Below are positions 9,320 through 19,363 of a DNA stretch of 64,000 nt, one piece after another. The notes under the pieces are model-generated. The model was given only the letters and a program-made list of their open reading frames with translations, searched no databases and had not been told where the DNA came from. The translations under genes were made by a program, and so were the position numbers. The stretch spans positions 26,193-90,192 of the forward strand of contig CAYYSI010000002.1 in the NCBI GenBank assembly GCA_964474435.1, written 5' to 3'. The stretch's first letter is position 1; each line of letters begins with the position of its first letter. The stretch is from an uncultured Candidatus Saccharibacteria bacterium. Lineage in GTDB: Bacteria; Patescibacteriota; Minisyncoccia; Phycocordibacterales; UBA9973.

Positions 9320-10653
9320 TATGCGAGCTTTGCAGCTATATATGACTCAAGTTCTGAAATAGCAATACGCTCCTGTTTTCCTGTGTCACGGTCACGAATA
9401 GTAACAGTGTCGAGGTTTTCTGGGTTTTCACCGAGAGTGTCGAAGTCGATGACGATGCACCATGGCGTACCAATCTCATCTTGGCGTCGGTATCGCTTGC
9501 CGATGTTGCCGTTGTCATCCCACATGACTGCGCCAAACTTTTTCTTGAGCATGGTGAACACTTCGCGCCCCTTTGCGACGAGTTCTGGTTTATTTTTCAA
9601 AAGTGGGGAAACACAGACTTTGACTGGTGCAACGAGTGGAGGAAGTGCGAGATATGTTCGAGCATTGTCGCCTTCGCCATCAGTTTTGTAACTCTCTGCA
9701 AGTACTGCGAGTACGAGACGATCAACACCAAATGTTGGTTCAATGCAGTGCGGCGTAAATCGCTCCTTTGTTTCCTCATCAAAGTACTGAAGATCTGCGC
9801 CACTTCCCTTGCGGTGTGCTTCGAGGTCGTAGTCGGTACGGTACGCAAGTCCAAGCAATTCTTTTTGTCCAAACGGGAAATCGTATTCAGTATCAACACT
9901 TCGCTTTGAATAATGTGCGCGATCATTCTCTGGTACTTCGATCTTATGAATCTTATTTTTATCCAAACCAATAGTGTGCAAAAATTTCATTTGTTCATCA
10001 AAAAGGGCATCAAATGTTTCATTCACTTTTGCAGCATCGCGAGGATCAACGAAGTATTCGATTTCCATTTGCTCAAATTCACGAACACGAAATATGAAGT
10101 CACGCGGTGCAATTTCATTACGAAATGCTTTACCAATCTGTGCCATACCAAAGGGAAGCTTGGGCGAAAACGTATCAAGAATATTTTTGAAATTCACAAA
10201 CATGCCTTGGGCGGTTTCTGGGCGAAGGTATGAAATATTTTCTTCACTTTCAACTGCGCCAACTGCGGTCTTGAACATCATGTTGAATTGTCGCGCTTCA
10301 CCAAATGTTCCCTGTTTCTCACAATTTGGACACACATCACTTTCGAGATGGTCAGCGCGAAATCGTGATTTGCAGTTACTACATTCAACCAATGGATCAG
10401 AAAATCCTCCCACATGCCCACTCGCCTGCCATACTTTTTGGTTCATCAAAATAGCTGCATCGATACCATACATATCTTCGCGATCGCTCACAAACTGTTT
10501 CCACCAAAGCTGCTTGATGTTGTCTTTGAGCGCGACCCCAAGTGGCCCATAGTCATATGTACCGGCGAGACCTCCATAGATCTCAGATCCTTGAAAAATA
10601 AAGCCCTTGCGCTTGCAGAGACTGACGAGGGTTTCCATTGAGACATTTTCCAT
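9319..10653 (-). CDS. glyQS: Glycine--tRNA ligase (alpha2 type)
   Basis: EIYGG..GTYDYGPLG, LRPETAQG, FRNEI.PR.FIFR.REFEQ, IGKRYRRQDEIGTP. Confidence 0.97.
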   Translation of the reverse strand: MENVSMETLVSLCKRKGFIFQGSEIYGGLAGTYDYGPLGVALKDNIKQLWWKQFVSDREDMYGIDAAILMNQKVWQASGHVGGFSDPLVECSNCKSRFRADHLESDVCPNCEKQGTFGEARQFNMMFKTAVGAVESEENISYLRPETAQGMFVNFKNILDTFSPKLPFGMAQIGKAFRNEIAPRDFIFRVREFEQMEIEYFVDPRDAAKVNETFDALFDEQMKFLHTIGLDKNKIHKIEVPENDRAHYSKRSVDTEYDFPFGQKELLGLAYRTDYDLEAHRKGSGADLQYFDEETKERFTPHCIEPTFGVDRLVLAVLAESYKTDGEGDNARTYLALPPLVAPVKVCVSPLLKNKPELVAKGREVFTMLKKKFGAVMWDDNGNIGKRYRRQDEIGTPWCIVIDFDTLGENPENLDTVTIRDRDTGKQERIAISELESYIAAKLA

Positions 10654-10660
10654 ATAGATC

Positions 10661-12556
10661 CTATGGTAGCACACGATCCTTTCCTTCGGTATAGGCAGGA
10701 TCTGAGTCAAATTTGGTCGTGATGGTGCTGCGAGTGGTCTGAATCTGGACGTTGGCGACCGTGTCAGTCGCAGTGATCGTTGTCTCCCCCATGAGGACAA
10801 GCGAGTTGCCAGCCTGAGATTTGGTTGGCTTTGCTTTGACTTGGAATGAGACGGTGCGATTTTTGGGCGTCGACGTCATCTTTGGCATTGCGCCGATCAT
10901 CCAGGTGATCGTGCGAGAGTCAGCATTGTACGTGACATTTTCTGATGAGGGCACGATGATGCCTGCCCAGTTCACACCCGGTGCCAGCGTTGCAGTAGCG
11001 GTGATGTTGGTCAGCGCATTGTCAGTAGGCAGTATCGTCCAGTTGATCGAGTACGTTGTCTCTGCATCTGCCTTGGGTGGGTATGGGCCAGTATTTTTGA
11101 TCGGGCCGATGGAGTACAGACCTTGTGCGGCAAACTGAAGGTTGGATGCAAACCTGATCGTCTTTTGATCAATCGTGTTGATCACCTGCTCGACATTACC
11201 CTGCTCAGGGAAATTGCCCTTGATTGAGAGACCAAGTGTGATGTCGCGTGATGCGCTTCCCGATCCAGGGGCGACATTGAATGCAAATGGAAGCACGCCT
11301 TTTTGTCCCGGAGCAATACTTGTGAGGCCTGGATTGGAATCCGTCGTCCAGATGATCGTGCGCTCAAGCGGATCGAAGTAGCTGTCAGCTGCAACTATTG
11401 ATGCAGTGTCGATCGTAGTTCCGCCCAGTGCGAGTGTGAATGTCGGATTCGTGATCGTCTGTCCCGAGTTATTGACCCAGTTGATCGATCCAGAAACATT
11501 TTCTCCTATACCTAGTGCAACAACATCATCAACCTTGCCACCTACTGATATCACTCCTGCAATGAATGGCTGCGCAATAGTAAGTGTCGAGAGTACTGAG
11601 TTGTATGAGACTGCGATGCGATTGCTCGTCTCGCTTTCGGGAGTACCGACATAAATACGAAATGCCTTTTCATCATTTTGCTCCCCGATCAGTTTGCCTT
11701 GGATTGCAATCGTGCGTTCATCCCCTTTTTCGAGATCACCCAAGTTCCACACATTGTTCCCAGAAATTGGTGCAGGCGTTGCAGATCCAAAGATAAAGCC
11801 GTTGGGATATTCGACACGCGTGATGACATTATTCAAAAGTTTGTCACCCGAGAATGTATTTTTAATATTGAGGGTAAATGGTTGGTTGGACACAACCGCA
11901 GTCGGCACATCGACTGTGAGGCCGACCGGACTTGAGCTCACCATCACCGAAAATGTGTTTTCTTTTTGGAATGAAGCACTGGAGCCTGCAAGCTGGTATG
12001 TCAGCACTGCCTTGATCTCGCGGCTGATGCCTTGCTCGCCATAAAGGATCGCAATGAATTCTTCGCTCTTGGTTTTGCCGCTACCAATCGTACCCATAGG
12101 TCGCTCAATACGCACGACATCAGTCCCCGTCTCATCAGTCGCGCCTTTTGGATAATTGATAACAAGTACAGCATTCTCCAAAGCTGCAGCATTTTTGTTG
12201 GTAATCTCAACTTGTATCGGCAACTCTTCTCCTCCCCCAATAAATGAATTGCCCAAAATTGCGAGGTCGACGTTTTTGCTCGAAAGTGTCACCGCACCTC
12301 TATAAAACGAAAACAGTGCAGCCCCAAGTGCGAATATAAAAAAGAGTACTGCAAAGAGAAAGAATCGTTTGTAGCCTGCCGCACTCACGTGGTGCACCGT
12401 TTCTTCTTTGGGAAGTTCTGATTGACCCCATGTCGACTGCGTGTTTTGTTTGACAGGTCGAAGGATACCGAACTTTCGTTTCGGAACGTTTTCGGGATCG
12501 CGGGTATAGAGACGCTGCTGCAACTCTGCAATGTGATCGATCTCTTCATTTGCCAT
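10661..12556 (-). CDS. Membrane-anchored beta-sandwich repeat (DUF11-like) protein
   Basis: One N-terminal TM, then repeated beta-rich domains; GP.PP...TTY.I.W segment. Confidence 0.65.
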   Translation of the reverse strand: MANEEIDHIAELQQRLYTRDPENVPKRKFGILRPVKQNTQSTWGQSELPKEETVHHVSAAGYKRFFLFAVLFFIFALGAALFSFYRGAVTLSSKNVDLAILGNSFIGGGEELPIQVEITNKNAAALENAVLVINYPKGATDETGTDVVRIERPMGTIGSGKTKSEEFIAILYGEQGISREIKAVLTYQLAGSSASFQKENTFSVMVSSSPVGLTVDVPTAVVSNQPFTLNIKNTFSGDKLLNNVITRVEYPNGFIFGSATPAPISGNNVWNLGDLEKGDERTIAIQGKLIGEQNDEKAFRIYVGTPESETSNRIAVSYNSVLSTLTIAQPFIAGVISVGGKVDDVVALGIGENVSGSINWVNNSGQTITNPTFTLALGGTTIDTASIVAADSYFDPLERTIIWTTDSNPGLTSIAPGQKGVLPFAFNVAPGSGSASRDITLGLSIKGNFPEQGNVEQVINTIDQKTIRFASNLQFAAQGLYSIGPIKNTGPYPPKADAETTYSINWTILPTDNALTNITATATLAPGVNWAGIIVPSSENVTYNADSRTITWMIGAMPKMTSTPKNRTVSFQVKAKPTKSQAGNSLVLMGETTITATDTVANVQIQTTRSTITTKFDSDPAYTEGKDRVLP

Positions 12557-12580
12557 GCGTCTAGTATACCAAATAATACT

Positions 12581-13156
12581 CTAGAGATGCGTTTGTTTGA
12601 TGGATTCGTTGACGAGAATGATAAATTTCTTGATCGTTGGTTCATCGACGCTTGCAAGTGTTTGTTGAAACGATGCAGTAAACAGCAATACTTCATCTTC
12701 TTCGACTGCAATGTACCCGAGATGCACGAGTGTGCGCCAAATCGCGAGTGTATCAAATATTTTTGCATCCACCCCTTCGGTATTGAGGCACAGTGCACAT
12801 TCCCTGATATGCGCAAAGAGTTCTTCGTGCACGCCCTCATCAATGAGAAATCGCTCAAGGGTTGCAAGGGTGCGCACATACGGGCGCGCAAGTGACTGCG
12901 TTGGGTCGTCAGCAAGCGGATTGAACTCGAGCGTTGCCGAAACCAGTCGCCAGACATCCTTGCCCTTCACAAGGTCGACATCGATGAATGCATAGTCGAC
13001 AAGTTGCCCCTTGAGCTTCGCCCCACTTTTGCGGATCCCTGTGGCAACTGCGACGACAAGCCCGATCTCCTGCGTAAACAGCCAAAACAATTTATTGGAT
13101 TCTCCCGACGGCTGACTCTTGATAATTACCGCCTTGGTGTGATGGATGGTGTGCAT
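12581..13156 (-). CDS. recO: DNA repair protein RecO (short form)
   Basis: AVIIKS...GESNK...LFT.EIGLV...A.GIRK...KL N-terminal OB fold. Confidence 0.8.
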   Translation of the reverse strand: MHTIHHTKAVIIKSQPSGESNKLFWLFTQEIGLVVAVATGIRKSGAKLKGQLVDYAFIDVDLVKGKDVWRLVSATLEFNPLADDPTQSLARPYVRTLATLERFLIDEGVHEELFAHIRECALCLNTEGVDAKIFDTLAIWRTLVHLGYIAVEEDEVLLFTASFQQTLASVDEPTIKKFIILVNESIKQTHL

Positions 13157-13162
13157 GAGTAC

Positions 13163-13723
13163 TTATACTATTTCCCCTAACAACTCCGGAAATTCTGAAA
13201 CACCGTCACCTGTTGTGAAATGCCCCTTGTCAGAAAATTCTTTGAATTCAATAACAGGAAGTTCAATTTTTATCTTCTCAACACTTTTTAATATTCCCTC
13301 TTCATCATCTGTGGAATAAAAAACTGTTATACCTTTTGTTTTTGATAGAAGATTTAGATCAATTGTAAAATCCGAAAACCCTGTAACTTTTTCAGGATTG
13401 GGCATGATTGATGGTGCAACAAGTACTACCTTTCCTACATGAATATTATGATCAGAGAGCCATCTCAGCAAGAATCCTCCCCCTCGACTATGCCCGACAA
13501 GTACTGTGTCACTATCTACTGGAAACTGTTCAAATATTTTTTTCCAATCTTCATACACAGGTTGGTACGGAACTGGCATTTCGGGGACATGAACAACAAA
13601 ACCTTTTGTCTCCAATTCTTTCTTTAACCACGGTAGCCAGTGCGCATCTACAGGTTTGGGTTGTGTCGAATCAAAATATTCTTCCTTTTCTGGTCGACCA
13701 TGAATTATGATTGCGGTTTTCAT
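13163..13723 (-). CDS. RBBP9/YdeN-like alpha/beta hydrolase
   Basis: IIHG, HWLPWL, VGHSRGG nucleophile elbow, STDD, GHF. Confidence 0.85.
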   Translation of the reverse strand: MKTAIIIHGRPEKEEYFDSTQPKPVDAHWLPWLKKELETKGFVVHVPEMPVPYQPVYEDWKKIFEQFPVDSDTVLVGHSRGGGFLLRWLSDHNIHVGKVVLVAPSIMPNPEKVTGFSDFTIDLNLLSKTKGITVFYSTDDEEGILKSVEKIKIELPVIEFKEFSDKGHFTTGDGVSEFPELLGEIV

Positions 13724-13724
13724 A

Positions 13725-16700
13725 TTACTGAATACTTATTTCTCCCCCACTAACCACAACCTCCTTCGCTCCTACAACTTTCTTCAAGTCGTCACCAAAC
13801 TTTTCAACGATTTCTTTTGCTGAAGCTGGAAGTGTGAGTGTGATCACATCAGCCGGTGCAAGGCCTTTGTCTTTGCGGAGGTCTTGGATCGTGCGGATGA
13901 GCTCGCGATAGTCGCCTTCGAGTTTGAGATCGAGAGTGATCTCAGTATTAAGTACGACATCAGCTTTTGGTGGAATGTCCCAGGTGACTTCCTTGACGTT
14001 GAGCTCGTCCTTGATGAGTTGAATCAATTGATCGTCAGTGAACTTAAATTTCACACCGATTGATTGGAGTGGTTGCCGCACTGGAATGTTTGCTTTCTTG
14101 CGCTCTGCATTTCCAAGTCTGCAGAACTCGCGCACCTTTTCCATATCGTGCAATATTGACCAAACAACTTTTTCCGCTTTCGGCCACACACTCAAGTGCA
14201 CACTTTCTTCGTCAGCATCTGTCTTTAGTTTCTGCCAGAGATCTTCTGCGGTAAATGGCGCAAATGGTGCAATGAGTTGTGCGGTCGTTTTGAGTACTGT
14301 GTAGAGTGTTTGCTTTGCAGCAACGTCTCCATCCTTGAGTCGGTCACGTGAACGGCGCAGGTACCACGTCGAGAGGTCGTCACAGAATTCTCGAATCGTG
14401 CGAGTGGGTGTAAAGAGGTCGTAGCTATCGAGACCTTTGGTCACTGCTTCAATAGTTTGGTTGAGTCGTGCGATGATCCATTGATCAAGTACGTTTGCAC
14501 TCTCCTTATATTCCCCTTCCAGTGTCTTGTCTCGATAGAGCTCATAAAACGAATGCACGTTGCCGAGCAAATTGAATACTTTGTTATTGATTTCGGCAAC
14601 GGACTTTTCGTCATAGTTTTTACTCTCGCCGGGTTGGTTGACTGAGTACATCCAAAACCGCACTGCATCGACACCAAACTTGCTGATCTGTTCATATGGT
14701 TCGACGATATTGCCGATGGACTTCGACATCTTCTTGCCGTCTTTGTCGAGCAAGTGTCCAAGACAAATCACATTTTGGTACGGCGTGCCGCGACCCATAA
14801 GTACTCCCACTGCGAGGAGTGTATAGAACCAACCGCGTGTCTGATCAATCGCTTCGGAAATGAAGTCTGCAGGATATGGCAAATCATCCTTGTGCTCAAA
14901 CGGATAATGATCCTGTGCAAATGGCATTGAACCAGAGTCGAACCACACGTCCATCACTTCCTTCACGCGATGGAATTCTTTGCCATCTTTTTGCAAAACA
15001 ACACCATCAATGTACGGTCGATGCAGATCGAGCTCAAATGCATCATTGTGTGGCAATGGAACGAAGTCGATGTGTCGAGTTTCTGCATTATTGAAACTTC
15101 GATACTCACGAGTCGATGCAAAGAGCGTGTTGTAGACGAAACCATGCGCAACGAACTCCATAGCTCGTGCCGCACCTCCATGAGTGACTACGAGAATATT
15201 CTTGTTTTGATATGTTGACTCAAGGTCATAGAGGAATGCTCCTGTTCGAGTGAATACATCTGCATAGGATTCTCCATCAACAGTCTTGAACTGATAGCGA
15301 TCAGCAGAGGTGTTACGCACCGCAAAGAATTCATCCATCTTTTTGCCACTATATTCACTTCCGACATTCCATTCACCAATGCGAGGGTCGGTCTCAACAT
15401 CACTGATCCCAAGTGTGTCCGCAATGATGCGAGCCGTTTCTTGTGCGCGTGTAAATGGCGAACTTATGATCATATCGATCTTGCCCTTCAAGGCTTCAGC
15501 ACTCTGGCGCACCTGCTCCTTGCCTGTGTCAGTCAAGGCATCGTTGTCGCCTGGTACGCAGCTCCATACCTCAGTGAGGTTGTGGATTGCTTCACCATGT
15601 CGTACTGCAGTATATGTGTTCCCTGATTTCTTGGAATAGTTCTTGAGTGTATCAATACTATCCACGACCAATCGCTCACCATCCTCGGCAATCCAAATCG
15701 GCAGTGGTGTCCCCCAGTATCGCTCGCGTGAGATCGCCCAGTCCTTGTCGCCCTTGAGCCATTCACCAAATCGTCCGTCGCGGATATGCTGTGGTTCCCA
15801 ATTAATTTTTTCATTCTCTGCAAGCAATGCAGGACGTACTTTCTCCATCGCAAAGTACCAACTGTCGCGCGCGTAATAAATAAGCGGCGTTTTACATCTC
15901 CAGCAATGTGGGTATGAGTGCTCGTACTTTTCTTTTTTAAATAGGAGTCCACGATGTGCAAGATCCTTGATGATATCAATTGCAACTTCTTCGTCCTTTA
16001 CAAATCGTCCCTCGAGGAATCCAGTGCCTGAGATAAACTTCCCTTCTGGATTTACTGTATGAAACTTGGGCAGCCCCACTTTTGTCCCGAGCTCAAAGTC
16101 GTCTGCTCCATACATGACTGCCGTATGCACGATGCCCGTACCATCAGTCGTTGTGACAAAATCAGCCGCATATACCTTGTACGCAGTATTCAAACTTTCT
16201 TTGTCAGTGATTTGCTCGGCAAGAAATGGGTAGAGTGGTTCGTATTGCATGCCTACCATCTCACTTCCCTTGTGTTCCGTAATGATCTCGTATGGATCAG
16301 TCAATACACTGAGCCGTTCTTTTGCGAGTACGAGTACCTGGTCTCCCACCTTTGCTTCGACATAGTCGATATCATTTCCAACTGCAAGCGCAACATTGCC
16401 CGGGAGTGTCCATGGCGTCGTCGTCCATGCGAGGAAATATCCATTATCAACACCGACGATCTTGAACTTTGCAGTTACTGATAAATCCTTATCATCTTGG
16501 TATCCTTGCGCGAGCTCGTGTGACGCAAGTGTCGTACCACATCGTGCGCACCATGGCACAACTTTGTAGTCTTTGTAGAGCAAGCCTTTCTTGTCGACTT
16601 CTGCGACGATATTCCATAGGCTCTCCATGTATGACGGATTGAATGTGTAGTACGCATGCTCCTTGTCTACCCAGTAGCCGATGCGATCGGTGAAGTCTTC

Positions 16701-17105
16701 CCAGTCCTTGATGTATGTAAATACCGAGTCCTTGCACTCTTTGTTGAATGCGGCAATGCCGTAGGTTTCAATTTCTTTTTTGGACTGAAGCCCGAGTTTC
16801 TTTTCTATCTGAAGTTCAACTGGCAGTCCGTGCGTGTCCCATCCCGCACGACGTGGCACATAAAATCCTTGCATGGTTTTGTATCGCGGGATCACGTCCT
16901 TGAATGCGCGAGCTTCGAGATGGTGAAGGGCCGGCTTTGCATTTGCCGTCGGCGGCCCTTCAAAAAACACAAACTCTTTCTGTCCTTTATTCTTTGCAAC
17001 AGTCTTGTGAAATATATCCCTCTCTTTCCAGAATGCCAAAACAGCTTCTTCGCGAAGCGCGCTGTTACTTTTTTCCGTTAATTTGTTTGTATTTGATTTT
17101 TCCAT
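13725..17105 (-). CDS. ileS: Isoleucine--tRNA ligase type 2 with inserted histidine phosphatase domain
   Basis: EGPPTAN..PALHH, GWDTHGLPVE, WTTTPWTLP, ISRERYWGTP, DVWFDSG, DQTRGWFY, KMSKS; internal RHGE domain. Confidence 0.97.
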   Translation of the reverse strand: MEKSNTNKLTEKSNSALREEAVLAFWKERDIFHKTVAKNKGQKEFVFFEGPPTANAKPALHHLEARAFKDVIPRYKTMQGFYVPRRAGWDTHGLPVELQIEKKLGLQSKKEIETYGIAAFNKECKDSVFTYIKDWEDFTDRIGYWVDKEHAYYTFNPSYMESLWNIVAEVDKKGLLYKDYKVVPWCARCGTTLASHELAQGYQDDKDLSVTAKFKIVGVDNGYFLAWTTTPWTLPGNVALAVGNDIDYVEAKVGDQVLVLAKERLSVLTDPYEIITEHKGSEMVGMQYEPLYPFLAEQITDKESLNTAYKVYAADFVTTTDGTGIVHTAVMYGADDFELGTKVGLPKFHTVNPEGKFISGTGFLEGRFVKDEEVAIDIIKDLAHRGLLFKKEKYEHSYPHCWRCKTPLIYYARDSWYFAMEKVRPALLAENEKINWEPQHIRDGRFGEWLKGDKDWAISRERYWGTPLPIWIAEDGERLVVDSIDTLKNYSKKSGNTYTAVRHGEAIHNLTEVWSCVPGDNDALTDTGKEQVRQSAEALKGKIDMIISSPFTRAQETARIIADTLGISDVETDPRIGEWNVGSEYSGKKMDEFFAVRNTSADRYQFKTVDGESYADVFTRTGAFLYDLESTYQNKNILVVTHGGAARAMEFVAHGFVYNTLFASTREYRSFNNAETRHIDFVPLPHNDAFELDLHRPYIDGVVLQKDGKEFHRVKEVMDVWFDSGSMPFAQDHYPFEHKDDLPYPADFISEAIDQTRGWFYTLLAVGVLMGRGTPYQNVICLGHLLDKDGKKMSKSIGNIVEPYEQISKFGVDAVRFWMYSVNQPGESKNYDEKSVAEINNKVFNLLGNVHSFYELYRDKTLEGEYKESANVLDQWIIARLNQTIEAVTKGLDSYDLFTPTRTIREFCDDLSTWYLRRSRDRLKDGDVAAKQTLYTVLKTTAQLIAPFAPFTAEDLWQKLKTDADEESVHLSVWPKAEKVVWSILHDMEKVREFCRLGNAERKKANIPVRQPLQSIGVKFKFTDDQLIQLIKDELNVKEVTWDIPPKADVVLNTEITLDLKLEGDYRELIRTIQDLRKDKGLAPADVITLTLPASAKEIVEKFGDDLKKVVGAKEVVVSGGEISIQ

Positions 17106-17109
17106 ATAT

Positions 17110-17280
17110 AAAAATAAAAAACCCGTCTTTAGAAAACAATCGAAATTGCTTTCCAAGGACGAGTTTCTCGTGGTACCACCTTGGTTACTTCTCATTGACT
17201 GCTATATCGGGCATACCCGTGGGTTCTAGATTCTTGCGAATTTCTTCCCAGAGCTTGGAATTGATAGTTCCTCAAACGCT
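17110..17280 (-). promoter_or_regulatory. T-box riboswitch (Ile) with intrinsic terminator
   Basis: AACCAAGG-TGGTACC-ACG...CGTCCTTGG antiterminator; competing terminator with U tract; AUC in the loop of a short Stem I. Confidence 0.9.
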
Positions 17281-17306
17281 ACTTCCCCTATCCTATCACA
17301 CCTCGT

Positions 17307-17951
17307 CTATATTGTCCTCCCTTCTGCGAGTGCCGCTTTGTCAGCTTCCACCATCTTGATCACCTTTTCGATCAGGCGCTTTGGGTCGTCATCAAAGATC
17401 ACACGGTCGCCCGGGCGATTACTCTTTTCAATCATATCTTTGATCTGATCTGCCATTGTCCATGGGCCCTGCAATACGCCAAGTGGCTTGCCATCCTCAA
17501 ATGCGATCGTGAATTCATGAATCGTCCCGATACGCCCGCAGCCAATAATAATCGCATCACAACTGCGTGTAAAAAGGAGATCTCGTCCAGGAAATCCAAA
17601 TCCCGTATAGATAATGAGGTCCATATAGTCGACGGGGAGATGCCAGACTTCGACATGATCTTTTTCGTTCATTGCAGGAGAGAGCCCGATCGAAATACCT
17701 CGTGCATCCTTTGCTCCCATTGCTGCCCATAATGGGAAACCTGTTGTTGCACCCGTGATGAGGATGCCGCCTTGTTTGATGACTTCACTTCCAAGTGCTT
17801 TTGCCTTATCCAAAGCGTTTAGTCCGCAGTGCCCTGTTTCTGCGGCGCCAGAGACGCCAATTTTTATTTTGATATGGCCGTGCTTTTCATCATTGTCCAT
17901 CGGACCGTTGTAGCAGACGTATTGATTTGTTGAAGGTGTTGGTTGGTCCAT
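17307..17951 (-). CDS. LOG/SLOG family Rossmann-fold protein
   Basis: IGVSGAA, ITGATTG, GLSPA, GCGRIGTIHEF; true start may be 17900. Confidence 0.8.
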   Translation of the reverse strand: MDQPTPSTNQYVCYNGPMDNDEKHGHIKIKIGVSGAAETGHCGLNALDKAKALGSEVIKQGGILITGATTGFPLWAAMGAKDARGISIGLSPAMNEKDHVEVWHLPVDYMDLIIYTGFGFPGRDLLFTRSCDAIIIGCGRIGTIHEFTIAFEDGKPLGVLQGPWTMADQIKDMIEKSNRPGDRVIFDDDPKRLIEKVIKMVEADKAALAEGRTI

Positions 17952-17974
17952 TGAGAAAAACTTATTTCAAAATA

Positions 17975-19363
17975 TTATTTACAGTCCAATTCTACCACGT
18001 CTCCCTCTTCTGGTGCATACGCCTCTACTCCGAGATAGTCACGCAGTCGTTGCGTGAGAAATAATGCACTCTTGGGCTCGCCCATCACCACAAATACTTT
18101 CTTCACTGTGTCAGCTATAGACTCAACGAATGCAACCAAGTGATCCGAATCCTTGTGTCCTGAATATCCATCGATGAATACGACGTTGGCACGTACTGGC
18201 ACTGTCTGCCCATTGATGTGGACTTCCTTTGCACCGTCTTGGATCGCACGACCCATCGTGCCGAGAGATTGATAGCCAGTGAGCAGGAGTGTGTTGGCAG
18301 GGTTGGGCAAATAGTTGGCTTCGTGATGAAGCACTCGCCCACCGTTACTCATCCCAGAACCTGCGATCACAATTTTAGGATTCGTTGAATGCAGAATGTC
18401 TTTGGATTCTTCGGTGAGCAATGTGGATTTGAGTCCTGGGAAGTTAAAGATGTCGTTGCCGCCCTTGATGAGGTTGCGCGCAAAGTCGTTGTAGTATGCA
18501 GAATATTTGTGATAGATGGCGGTGAGCTTGATGCCAAGCGGGCTATCAAAAAAGATTGGCATCTGCGGCACACGGTCGTGTTCGACGAGCTGATCGATTT
18601 CAAAAAGGAGTTCTTGGGAACGCTCAAGTGAAAACGTTGGGATCACGAGTGTTCCCTTCTTTTTAAAATTGTCTTCAATCGTTGCCTCCAGTCTCTCTCG
18701 TCTGACACTGCGCTCAGTGTGATTGCGATCACCATACACACTTTCCATCAGGAGATAGTCCACATTTTTGAGTTCCTCGGTATCGCGCAATAGTGGGGAT
18801 GGGGAGTTGCCGAGGTCGCCTGTAAACACAATTTTCTTGTTGTTGTAGATCAGCTCAAGCATGCCAGAGCCGAGCACGTGCCCAGCGTCACGATAGCGAA
18901 ATATAAATGGACCGATAGGCAAATCCTGATGATAGTCGATCACCTTCCAGTTTTGGAATACTTGTTCCAAGATCTTTGGACTATAGATTTCTTTGAGGAT
19001 TGGGTTCTCACCATGCCCAAGGATGTTGGCAGTGTCTTCGAGCATGAGCTCAGTGATGTCCTTGGTAGGTATCGTCGAGTAGATCTGCCCCTTGAATCCA
19101 TCGTGCACGAGCTTTGGGATGCGTCCAATGTGGTCGATGTGTGCATGTGTGATGAATAGTATGTCGATCGTGCTTGGATCATAGATAAAAGGATCCCAGT
19201 TTTTGTCATCGGCCATCTTGGTGCCTTGATTGAGCCCACAGTCGATCAAGAATCGTTTGCCTTCACCTTCGAGCAAGAAGTTTGCACCAGTCACTGATCC
19301 TGTGCCACCTGCGAATGTAAGTTTCAATGTGTACGGTTTGGTTGGAGTATCGCTCATTGTCAT
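17975..19363 (-). CDS. Beta-CASP metallo-beta-lactamase ribonuclease
   Basis: THAHIDHIG, AGHVLGS, TGDLG, ESVYG, AGSGM..GG, YSGH.D. Confidence 0.93.
   Translation of the reverse strand: MTMSDTPTKPYTLKLTFAGGTGSVTGANFLLEGEGKRFLIDCGLNQGTKMADDKNWDPFIYDPSTIDILFITHAHIDHIGRIPKLVHDGFKGQIYSTIPTKDITELMLEDTANILGHGENPILKEIYSPKILEQVFQNWKVIDYHQDLPIGPFIFRYRDAGHVLGSGMLELIYNNKKIVFTGDLGNSPSPLLRDTEELKNVDYLLMESVYGDRNHTERSVRRERLEATIEDNFKKKGTLVIPTFSLERSQELLFEIDQLVEHDRVPQMPIFFDSPLGIKLTAIYHKYSAYYNDFARNLIKGGNDIFNFPGLKSTLLTEESKDILHSTNPKIVIAGSGMSNGGRVLHHEANYLPNPANTLLLTGYQSLGTMGRAIQDGAKEVHINGQTVPVRANVVFIDGYSGHKDSDHLVAFVESIADTVKKVFVVMGEPKSALFLTQRLRDYLGVEAYAPEEGDVVELDCK

Noticed and set aside
17106-17195. N-terminal extension of IleRS as a leader peptide
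   Set aside because: This stretch is the T-box antiterminator/terminator; the start at 17105 fits better.
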